Assembly: GCA_976226885.1 (NCBI GenBank)
Contig: OZ320317.1
Location: 51,894,001 to 51,958,000, forward strand
Reading direction: 5' to 3'
Source of the DNA: Iphione sp. A-MEVVRFRX5
Lineage: Eukaryota
DNA length: 64,000 nt
The stretch's first letter is position 1, and each line of letters begins with the position of its first letter. Shown here piece by piece: positions 25,601 to 37,600 of this stretch. A program made the translations under genes and the position numbers. Below the pieces are notes generated by a model, which made no database searches, had not been told where the DNA came from, and saw nothing but the letters and a program-made list of their open reading frames with translations.

Positions 25601-28600
25601 GAGATCCTGTTAATATGATTGTAGCCTAGACAACGTCTGTAAATTTGTCGGAACATTATATTTAGCAGCCTAAGTACACTTGTAGATGTTCTTGATACCA
25701 AGAATGTTCCATATTTGACCACCGGCTGTGAAAATGTTAGTAAGGACTGGGACACTGGCAGAGTAGTTAGGAGATTAATACACTGGAAAGCAATGCAAGT
25801 CATAATGAGAGAACTAGATGAAAACAGAAATTGAGGTTGAAGGGAGAGCAGGTCTCGGTGTAACAAGAACAGCATTGATAACAATTGAATAATCTGCTGT
25901 AACAGTAAAATATGTGAAGCATGCGAATGTCATCAATGATTTCTTCTCAAACATAAGGCCGATGTTAGCTGACAAACTAGGAAAAGCACCCCTAGGAATT
26001 GACAATAATATGCATGACTTTCACTTTAAGCAGGTGACAGTTGAAGAGGTTCATAAAATAGTTAAAGTGCTGAAGCCTGGTAAACCGTCTAGTATTGAAG
26101 GGATACAAACCAAACATGTTAAAGTAGCCATGAGGTGTCTCTTACCACAAGTAACTCATATTATGAACTACTCATTAAAGGGCTGTGAAATACCATGGGA
26201 ATGGAAGTGTGCAAGAGTAACTCCCATCCACAAAGCTGGAAGTAAAAAGGAAATTACTAACTATCGTCCAGTTTGTATTTTAAATCTATTTGTAAAAGTA
26301 ATTGGGCAAATAGTACTTAATCAGCTTTGTCAATATTTAGAGAAAAATGAGAAATTAGGGGACTGTCAGTTTGGCTTTTAGAAGCTAAGGTCGCCAAACA
26401 TAGCCATAATACGGGTACTAACCAAAATACATAAATGGGTGATGCCATGCTTTGTGGACTAAAGAAAGGCTTTAATTCAGTAAATCATAATATTTCATCA
26501 AAATGAAACAGAATGGCTTATACCTTGTATGGTTCAAGAATTATCTAAATGATAGATGTCAATACACGGTGCAAACGAGGTTAAATCAGCCTATAGAAAG
26601 TAACGTGGCTTGCCCCAGGGGTCCCAGTTGGGTCCTCCCCTATTATTTATAGTATTTATGGAAGGTATTCAGAGTGTCTGTACTCGGACTAAAACTTTCC
26701 TATATGCCGATGATCTTGTACTGATCAGCACTGGTGATGGTATTACTGAAGCAGCAGGAAATTAGCAACAAGACATAAAAAACAGCCAACAATGGTCAGA
26801 CCAAAACAAAATTATGATCGACATAAGCAAAACACAAATTATGGCATTTAATTACGGATACCTGCTAAGGCACGTGACGACAATCAACATAGGTTGTGAA
26901 GTGATAAAATGAGTTGTCAGCTACAAATATCTGGGGGTAATTCTCGATGAAACTCTCATCTTTCGGCAGCATGTCTCTGAGATTTACTGTAAAGTGTCCA
27001 GGAAGATATTATTTCAGAAACTCTGGGTATGCGTGATAGAATAACATTGGCCCGCTCTGTGATAATGCCAATTATTGAGTATGGAATTGAAGCAATACCT
27101 AAAAATGAGTCTGATGCTTTGCGGAGATTAGATAGACTGCATAAGAAGGTAGCACAAACTGCGGTTGGCAGAGGACTAAATTCAGATGATTGTCTGGACC
27201 TGTGCAACTGCACCAGCTCAGCCAAAAGGAGGGATCGGGTCTTATTGATATATGTGTATACAGAAGCTGTTAGTGGAAAGGGCCTAATAAACCCCAGTGG
27301 AAGAACAAGGAGAGAGAGAAAATTGCACTTTGACATACCGTTAGTAAAGAAAGGAGGCTATAGAAATTCGCCATTTTACAGGGGCAGTATCTTAATGGGA
27401 TAGGCTGCCCCCAGGAGTTGAGAAAAAGTCTCTATTACAGTTCAAAATCCTGTTGAAACGTGTTGAGGATATCTGAAGCCAAAAGTTGTCTGGTAGAAAA
27501 GTAGATGAAAATAAAGTCATTATTAAACATGTAGTGCAGGCGTCGTCTGGGCTGCTGGAGTACTACAATGGTGGATTTAGGTAAAGTCTTAATTCTCCTA
27601 GCAGACATCGTCTGGTTGGAGAATTGTTTTTTTGAGGAAGGTCCTTGTAAAAGCTAGAGAACGATTGGGTCAAAGAAAAAAATTCAAGGTGTTTTTGCAT
27701 CAACTCACTCATTGTAATTAACATCTCATCTCATCTCATCATCAAGTTGGCTTTCGTGGTTTCTGCTGTTGTAAAAATCCTGAAGAATAGTAGATCTTTG
27801 CATAAGGATTCAGGTTAAATAAAGACAAACCTTAAAAATACTATGTAAACCAGTAATCATGATTGGAGAGCTTTGTGTTAACCCGCAAAGATGATTAATA
27901 AAGAATCTTGAATCTTGATTGCATTGTGATGGATGGGGAGGGTTTGGAGTGGGTTTTGGATCATTGTCTTCATTGTTGACCTCTTTGCTTGACTTTTCAC
28001 AGCCCAGGAGCAGCTGGAGAAATCACGGGAAGTGATGAAGAGGCTGGCTGAGGAGAAGCGGCAACAAAGTGAGGAACTACGGCAGAAGATGGAGAGGTCA
28101 GAGGAGTCACTGGAGGCTGAACGTGAAGCTCTTATGGTTGAACTCAAGCGGGGCAAAGCTGCAGCACTCTCTCTCATGCAGGTAAGGCCCATCAATAACT
28201 AGTATTGTATGTAACTAAGTTTTACAAGTAGTATAATTTTCTCATTTGTATAACCATTTTGTTCCACACTGGGATCAGAACGTATCATATGCCATTGGGA
28301 ATTCAGCTAGCATAAACCTAAAACTAGCTCAGGCTGCAGCTGCTACACACCACTGCTTATGCATTCAGCTCTTAAAATATTTAAGCCTACCTATATATTA
28401 TTCGTATATTAGGATCTTCAGAGACCTTTCTATTCATAATTTACATTTAGAAATCTATACAGTTGGTAAACACATGTTATACCTTAACTGAATCCTAATC
28501 ATCTTACATACATGTATATACATTGTAACATCACTAGATTTAGTTCACAGCTTTACTACCAGAGGTGGACACTAGGAGTCTACCTGAGATGTTGTCCAGG

Positions 28601-31600
28601 TAGCGCCACTGTCAAATGGAGTGCCCATAGTCACTTTTAATTCAGTTCTCACTATGGTTAGATGTAGTTGCTCTGTTACTTCATTGCTTTGTGATTGATA
28701 TTGTGATAGGTATTTGTGATCTATTCTTTGGATTTGTCTTTGGTCTGTACAGGCGACTCCACCTAAAGGGACCACCTAAGGGACTGAGCCTAAGTGGTCG
28801 CCTAAGGTGAATGTTTGCCTAAGCCATTGCTTGGGGGGTCAGTCGCTAACTTGGCTTGTGTTTCAAACATGCAGACCCTCAAATTGGTGGGAAACAACCC
28901 CATGGTCTGCCGGATACCCTCAGAAAATGCTAACTTGGCTTGAGTCCCCACCATCAGCCCCTCAAATTGGCAGGAAACAACCCCATGGTTGGCCCAGATA
29001 CCCTCAGAAAACGCTAACTTAAGCGGCTTGAGTCCCCACCGTCAGACCCCCATATTGGTGGGAAACAACCCCGTGGTCGGCCCGGATACCCTCAACCAAC
29101 CACAACAGGAGTTCCTCAAGGGTTGTTTTCATAGTGTTTATTGGGTATGTGGGCTGGTGGTCACCCCGGTTACCCTCAGAAAATGCTAACTTGGCTTGAG
29201 TTCCCACCGTCAGACCCTCATACTGGCGGGAATCAAACCTGTGGTCACCCCAGACACCTTGAAATCATAGTTTTGGTACTGCAAATAATGGTCTTAATGG
29301 CCCAATGGTCGCCCAAGCCAATGGTCACCATGGGCATCATTTATCATATAAGAAATGTACTAAAATACCTTCCGTTCTGAGCAAAAGTGGTCACCCTGGG
29401 CGACTGGTCGCCCCAGGCGGCTGGTCGCAAGGTGGGAGTCTCCTGTATATATTTTCATTTATTAGTACAAATATAATGGATTTGGTGATCATGGTGAGCA
29501 CTGCCAACATTGACAAAACCACTGGTACCTCTACCAAATCCTCCCATTTGGTTGATTCCATGTACGCATGTTGTGTATGTGTTTTTTTAAAACTATGATT
29601 AACATGATGAGTATACCCGTGCACATGTGTCCATGCATAGCCATGCATATCCATGCATGGCCTTGTTTAAAAAATGGGAACTGTCCCATTTTGCCATGAA
29701 AGACACACGTTTGGTGTGTGTTTTTGTGACAGACTCATCATAACAGGTGTGTAAACCAGAAAACATGGTGAATACATGCTCTACGGCGTGTATACAGTGA
29801 TTATCAGGTTAACAGAAACATGCCCTTACACATTCTCATATGGACAGACACCCCTACACACGTACATGGACAGCCAGCCTTAAGAGAAAAATGATACAGG
29901 CTACCTCAGAGTTGAGGTCTGGTGTTCAAGTGTCAAAATCCATGAAGTTGACAAGCATTTCAGTGCAAACTATGCCAGAACTTGCTGTGTTGTTGACAAA
30001 AACGAGAAAAGTCTCACTGGAGATAGTGGACAGGCATGAAAATGTGCTTGTTGACTCTGTAGGGGTGCAAACATCAATGAAACAATCAAGGAGCTCAATT
30101 GGCTCTGGCCAATTAGATAGCATCTCCCAAAGAAGATTATGGTCTCACAGCTCAGTTCCTTAGTAGTAGCTACGGGGTAATTGGATAGTAACCCTTAAAG
30201 GGGATTACATTCTCAAAGTTCATTGCCTTAGTGGTGCTGGGCCAATTGCTTGTAGCACTGCTGGGCAGTTCAGTTGCCTCAGTGGGCCAATTACCCTGGT
30301 GATGGTGTCTGGGCAATTTGATACCCATTTGTAGGGCTTAGAGTGGCATTTGATATTGAGATCGTTCTCTGAAGCCTCTGGGGTATTCTAGATTGTTTAA
30401 TGCCTGAGCCGTTTCAAACTTTGTTGAGGTTGTTTTCTCAGGTGCCTGTGTGTCCTGATATTTTAGACTTAGCGGACATTCCGACTTCACTACATTTGAA
30501 CACATGTATATCAGTTGGGTTGTGTCCTGCTTTGTCTGGACATATGTGAGGAACCTACATGTATTCTCAGCCCCAAGTGTATTCCACCTTTATGGGGTAG
30601 CTAGTCAACCTGTGTTGTCTAACCATATTATCTAACCATATTATCCCTTTTGTCGCTTCCTCAAGTATTGCAAAAATCCCTAAGAATGATTTATTGTGAG
30701 CTTTTAATGATTTTTGTAATTTTATGTTGAAGAATCATGAACAATTAATGAGTTCTGAACAACAGCTTTTTGTGGCATTTAGTGAAAATTTTAAAGGTGG
30801 TTTTAGTACTTTGGGTGAGAACATGCTGGGTTCAACATGATGCTAGAGCAGCGGGAGGAGGAGAAAGATCCTCATGAATGGGAAGAGGTGCCTTGTGTGA
30901 TGTCTAACGTTTCTCAGCAGGGGGACACTAGTTTTCTTAGTTCTTTGATAGCTCAGATGGACACAGATAGTAAAGTAGTAACAGACTTTTCCGATACAGA
31001 TAAGAATTTGGCTGCAAAAGTGTTACAGCCATTACAGACTGAATTTCTGACTACTATGTACAAGAGGCATTAAGTCCAGGGAACTCTGAGGCTCTCAATG
31101 TCTGTTTACAGCTTAATGGACTGTTATGGCAGTCTCTTTCTAAAGAAGCTAAAGGAAGAAAGGTCTCTTCAGAACGTCAGTCATGATGTGATGGCTGGCA
31201 TTATTGTCACCTTGAGGGCTGTGGACTCAGTATCTCCACAGGTTGGCTCTGTTCAGAAACAGTTAATGCCCTTATTCTCAATGGTGTGGCAATACAGTCC
31301 TTCATCAAACCTAGAAGGGAGGTGCTCAAACCAGGTTCGACCTACCATTTTAAGAAGTTGGTACATGTATATGTTGACTGTCCCTGTTCTTCCAAATTAT
31401 TGTTTGTGGAGATAATTTTTTGTCTGCTGCTAAGGAGATTAAAGATGATTCCTGTCTCCTTTATCTGTTAGATATAAAGAAGGGACAGTCATGTCAGAGT
31501 TTAAAAAAAGCCAGAGTGAACAGAGGAGGTTTCAAAGGCAGGCCCAGAGCCACAGGCTTCAGAGGGAAAAGAAGGTTTGCCTATCAGCCTAAGGTATTTC

Positions 31601-34600
31601 CACAAGGCCATTACCATTATCGATACCTTAGGTACCAGCATCCTCAAGTGATGCCTGTGTGTCATCAAAAGGCTTCCCAGGCTCAGGTTTAACCTTTAGT
31701 TCTGGTGTCTGGTGTAAAAATAGAATTTGTAACTGGTAATGTAGTCAAGTTTGGGAATGGTCTACTCTAACTACGGATGTTGAGGTCTTACAAGTAGTTT
31801 CAGGACTGTCAGGGTGTTACGGCTAGGTCCATCAATTTTTCTGCTTTTTGTTCAGGAGGAATTGTGTAATTTACTTAAAGTTAATTCTATGTCTTTCTTG
31901 GATCCTATTCCTTCAGATGCCTTTTTTCTCAACTTATTTTTTGAAGACTTAAGGTAAATGGTTCTTTCAGGACGATATCAGATCTTGCTAAGTTGAACAA
32001 GAGCATTCAGTATTAATACTTTAAGATCGAGGCTTTGGAGAGAGCGCTTCTTTTGGTTTCTGACATGTTTTATTGCATCAGTGGATTTCAAAAATGCCCA
32101 CAACACTATGCTTATCTGGTCCTTACATATTGCATGGCAGGACAAATCCTGTGAGTTTTACCCTTTTGGTTGTCCTCAGCCCCTAGGATTTTTCATGAAA
32201 ATTATGGTGCCTGCTCTAGCTCATCGTAGGGAGTCTGGGGTGGTTCTGACCTCTTATATAGATGATATATTCATAATTGTAGAGATTCTCAAGTGTGTTC
32301 TTTATTTGTTTCTAAGACTATTCATCTTTAACAGTCTCTGGGGTTCTTTATTAATATTGAGAAGACTTCCTTGGAACCTTCTTGGTCCATTGTTCTCCTA
32401 GGGTGTTCTATTGATTCAGTTAATATGATGGTTACTTGTACTCCCTCTAGGGTAGCTAAACTCTTCTTTCAGATCCAGTCTGTCCTTAGTCAGGAGTTCC
32501 ATGTTGTTAGGAATATAGTTTCTCTATTAGGCAGGATTGTTGTGCCTTATGAGGGCATCTGTCTCTGATGAAAATTATTTCAGGGCCTTGTTAGCTTGTA
32601 AAATCTGGTCCTTTTTTACTGGCAGGTAAAGGGTTGGGGAAAGTTCTTTCCACTTAAGTAATTTGGAAATTAAGACTGTTTCGTTAGAAATAAGACTGGT
32701 TTTCACATTAAATTAGTCTGTATTAACACTACTGCTTTCTGTTACATTAACAGAATGGGAGATGCTAAGTGTTCTCTGGCTAGCAAGGTGGCCCAAGATT
32801 TGGTTATTTCCGGAATACAGGAATGCTTTTATGACAACTTTCATATTCCTAGTATTTCCAGTGTGCGAGCAGATTTTGCTCCTAGATACTTTCAAGACAG
32901 TATTGTGTGGTCTATTAATCCCTATATTTTGTGGCTCATGGGGTAATCCATGGTGGACTTATTTAACTCTAGGCCTTAAAAAGGATGGTTTCTAGATGTG
33001 CCAGCTAGCACTCAGATCCTAAAGCTGTGTTTGTAGATGCTACTTCTCAGGACTGGTCTTAAGTTTTAATGCCCTTGTTTGTTCTCTTTTTTCTTTGATC
33101 CCTGGGTGCATTGCCAAGTTGATCCAAAACAAGCCAAAGTCAGCTTTGGTGATAGTCCTTGCCTGGCCTCAGGCCTGGTACAGCAGGTTGCTGTAGGTGG
33201 CATTACAGCCTCATCTCAAGTGAAAATTTAACACACTTCTAGCTTTTGGGCAGTCCCTCTTGTATAGGGGCTATACAAATTATGGTATTTCTTTGCTGTA
33301 CATTGTTCTCAGTGACAAAAACGTGTCTACCTCCATGAAGGCTATAATGTTATGCTCTTGAAGGCCTAAGACGAGATTTGTCGATAATTCTTTACTCAAA
33401 AGATGGAATACTTTGTTTTGAGAAAGACTTGGAACTTTTGAATACTTCTCTTAGACAGGCTATGCAATTTTTCATTAATTTGTTTAATAAGGGTATTAGG
33501 TACAGTGCTCTGAAAACTTTAAGGGGTGAACAGGAGGGTGACTGTTCAATGCTTTGAATGATTCTGGTTCCAAGGATGTCCACCAGATGCCAGTACTGAG
33601 AGTGGTGGCACCACTATCAACAGCACAGAACCCAAACCTCAGTTCTTGCTGTGCTATCGACATGTACGGATCGTTCCAGACTTTGATCTTGGATTGTGTC
33701 TTCTGTGCCTGCCAGGTCGTATTGTTTTTTATTTGGCATTATTAATCTTCTGTTTCTTCTTCCACTCTGGCTAGGTGGACCAGTGAAGTGATGTCTTTAG
33801 CTGAAAGTGGTACTCCTTCTGTCTGTTCTGCTCACTCAAGTGTCTGTCTCTTCTTCTAAGTTGACTAAAATAGATATGCCATTACCAGAAATTATAAAGA
33901 AGGGTATGTGGAGTCATGCTAACACTTTCAAGCTTTTTTACTTGAAAGATTTTCAGCAGTGGGCTGTTATTTCTACCTCAGGGCCTTGTGGCTTTGAAGT
34001 CTCGGGCAGACAGCTAGTGTCCACCTCTGGTACTAAAGTTAGTAGACTATGTTAATTTACCAGTGAAATGTGGACTTAATTTTGTACCAGAGGTTGACAC
34101 AGGTATCTTACTTCCTTCCTGTTCCTCCCTTCGATGGCTAGGTTAGTTTCCATTAGTCTCTGAAGTTTCTTTTTTCATCCTATTGCTCTCTTTCAAAGGT
34201 AGCTATGGGTATTCAGTTGACAGTGCTGTCACCTGGACTACATCTCAGACACCTGTCCACCTCTGGTACAAAGTCAAGACCACATTTCAGTGGTAAGTCC
34301 ATGTAAACTACAAATTTTCTAAATATAAGGAATACTAGGTGGTCAGTATTTCGGGGGGGGGAGGGCTTAAAACCCAAATAATCATCAGTTAATGAATTTA
34401 TTAGAACCTTTTCACTTTAGTACCAGCATAGGACACAAGATGTCTACTTGAGATACAGCCCAGTGACACCACCACAGTCAGCCATCTTGGTTGTTGTCAC
34501 TTTTAGTCTAGCAGTTGCTCAGTTCAGACCTGTTTGGTTCTGTTGCTTCATTTGTTCTATATTTCTTCTCTTTTGCTTCTATCTACCTATATTTTTGTGT

Positions 34601-37600
34601 AATATCATCGAAGTGCTTCAGTTTGGTGATCAGATCTTCATTTTCAAGTAAGTTTTTGTCTGGTGTCTGACAGCAATTTCCCAGGAGAAATGCACATGCA
34701 CATTTCTGCGGGATTGCTGTGTGGGCTGACACCGGTGCCTCTGCCCCAGACCACGGTCTATCAGATGTTCACAGGGTTATTGGGCTCTATCCTGACTGCA
34801 CGCATGGTCCAATCTTCCTCCTTTTTGCCGGCCCCAGCAATCAGGCCTCAGGAGCCTGAGCCTGTTGTGCAGGCCTCGTCTGTGCCGGTGGTGCCACCAG
34901 CTATGCCAGTGGTGTCATCGGTGCCTGCACCAGCTGTGCTACCAGCTGCACTGCCTGGGCCACCAGTTGTGCCAGCTGCTGCACCACCAGCTGCCCCTGC
35001 ACCAGATACATGGGCAATGATAGCTCATCTCCAGGTGTCATCGCAGGCGCACCTAGCGGCAGTCCTGGAGTCTCAACAGAGGCAGCAGCAGCACTATGTG
35101 CACCTGTTGGACACTGTGCTGCAGCAGCAGCATCAGGTACCAGACGAGGAGGAGTATGAAGAAGACTATGAAGAAGAGGAGGAGCCAGACGGTTCTGACT
35201 CCCTTCATAGCTGGACTGAGCAAACGGATGCTCAGACCAATTTGGGGGTGCCTCTTCAGCCTGCGGTCATTGGGTGTTTTGCCAAGATAGGCTGTTTAGG
35301 CCAGATTACTTGGTGGACATCTGCAAAAATTATCTTAGACCTATCCTAGACAGATCTGTAGGCTGAATGATATCTTGTTCTCGAATCTTAGGAATACCAA
35401 GCCAGGAAGCAGATGCTTCAAAGAATCGGCAATGACGTCATGGGCGCTCTTGTTGCCTCATGCAGAGCGTTGGAGCAGGTGGCCCCTATAGCGGAGCAGC
35501 ATTCTTGGGCAAAGGCCACCGAAGATGTGCTGGTTAACACTCTTGTTTTAGGGGGGTTGGCCCAACAGGCTCTGATTAAACATAGAAGGGAGTAGGTAAA
35601 ACCTTCGTTGCCTCCTTCCTTCAAGAGGTTGGTGTTGGAGGATTGCCCTCTGTCACCATGCTTCTTCTTTGCAGATAACCTTTTAGGTAAGGTAAAACAG
35701 CTGAAAGAAAACTCTGCCCTGTTAGGTCAACTCGAGAGGAGGTCGATGCCCTCTTCTTCTGATGGCCCCTCAAAAAACGCCTGGAAAGGGGGGGGGCGGA
35801 GCAGGGGCATGGGTGGCTACTGTGGTGGTCGCCATGGCCATTCCAGGACTGGTTTCACCAGACAGAGCCAGTTTTACCAGCAGTAAGGCATTGCAGCCCA
35901 GCCATATTTCCAGCCCCAGCTACAGCAGCCCCAACAACAGCAACAATAAGACAAGATGCAGCAGCAGTCCCAGCCGGTAAGGAAAATAACTTTCCTTGCT
36001 GGTAATTTGGTGAATTTTGTGTTGCAGTGGTCTGCACTCACCTCTGACAGGGAGGTGCAGGAGGAGTTGTCCAACCTTTTGCGGGTGGGGTCAACCTCGG
36101 TCCTGTATCCAGTTTCATCTTACGCTTATTTGTCCAATATCTTTCTGAGACCTAAGCCTAACACCTCTTTCAGAATGATATTGGATTTATCAAAGGTCAA
36201 CAAGGTCATTGAGTACAGATGAACCTCGTTATCTGGAGCACCTCATTTTTTATAAAAATAGGATGATGAAGAATCCTGAGTATGAAAAAGCAACAATGTG
36301 TCTCCTGGTGGGGAAATGTTGCATAATAGTAAAGTATAGGAAGTTTATTGATATGGTATCAGAGTGATTGAAATGATTATAAATACTACTGATGCATCCC
36401 CTGGTATTTAAAAAGGGCATAATAGTAAAGTATTTCTGAATTATCAATCTTTTATGGATGTGATTTGAAAAAAATGATTTTTAATGATACCAATGCGTCT
36501 TCTGGTGTGGAAAGAGGGCATAATAGTCAAGTATTGGTGAAATATTTTTTTATACATAACATGACAATGAAATTCAATGCAAAATGATTTATTCAATAAA
36601 TACATGACAGAGTTAATGAAGAATTAATGGCAATTAGTAAAAAAAATTTTTTAAAAACCAACACGCATCTCACATGTCAAACAGCAGCCGATGCATGCAT
36701 AGACAATGCATAGACATGAACAAACAGCGATTTGCCTTGAAAAAGTCTCTTATCAGGGTTTGTTTGGTGCTGGCCTTGGTGGTTTGGGCTTTGTGAAGAA
36801 GTCCTCTGAGAAATTCCACCCCTCGAATGTCACGTTGTTCTTCACAAAATGCCACCAAAGTGTCCACACAACTGGTGACATCTTTAAGGGTAACTGGGGG
36901 GTTCTAGCCACATCATCAGCATCCTCTTCAGTGTCAGACTGGGACGCATCAGTCTGAGTCACCATTGTCCCCAGGGTGCCATCTGAGTTCCCCTGAAGTC
37001 TCAGCACCAGAATCGACTTGGGCATATTCCTGGGCTGTTATAATCTGTCTCTCCTCCTCCTGGGGCATTGTCTGGAGAAGTCGCTGTAATTCTGAGAGAG
37101 AAATCTCATCCTCATCTAAGAAGTTATCATCATTGTCTGAGGCCTGAGGTGTGGGTAGCAGGATCTGGACATGTTTTCAGCATCTCTGGATAGTGGTGGG
37201 TGTTACACAGGTCCAGGCCTCATGCAGCATGAGAAGGACTCTTCTCAGGTCAGTTACAATTGGGGTATCATTTTTAATGCACCCCAGAAAATGCCTCACC
37301 AGCCTCTTCCTGTATTGTGCCTTGAAAGAGGTGATGATCCCAGCATCCACTGGTTGAATATGGGATGTGGTGTTTGGAGGCAAAAACATTATGGAGTGGT
37401 TGCTGAACATCTCTGTAGATTTGTGGGACCAGTGTTGTCACAGAGCACCACGTACCATCTGCCCTGTGACTTTGCCCTTTCATTCAGTGTGGAGAGGTGG
37501 TCGACCCAGATCATCCCAGTCATCCAAGCCTTGGTATTGTGCTGATAGTATACGTACATGGCAGGATCGAATCCCTTTGAAAAACATCTTGGTCGTGCTG

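Noticed and set aside
28874-29260. Regular repeats suggestive of CRISPR (also 15154-15761)
   Set aside because: No unique spacers, no cas genes, and a eukaryotic intron context; these are tandem or TE repeats.
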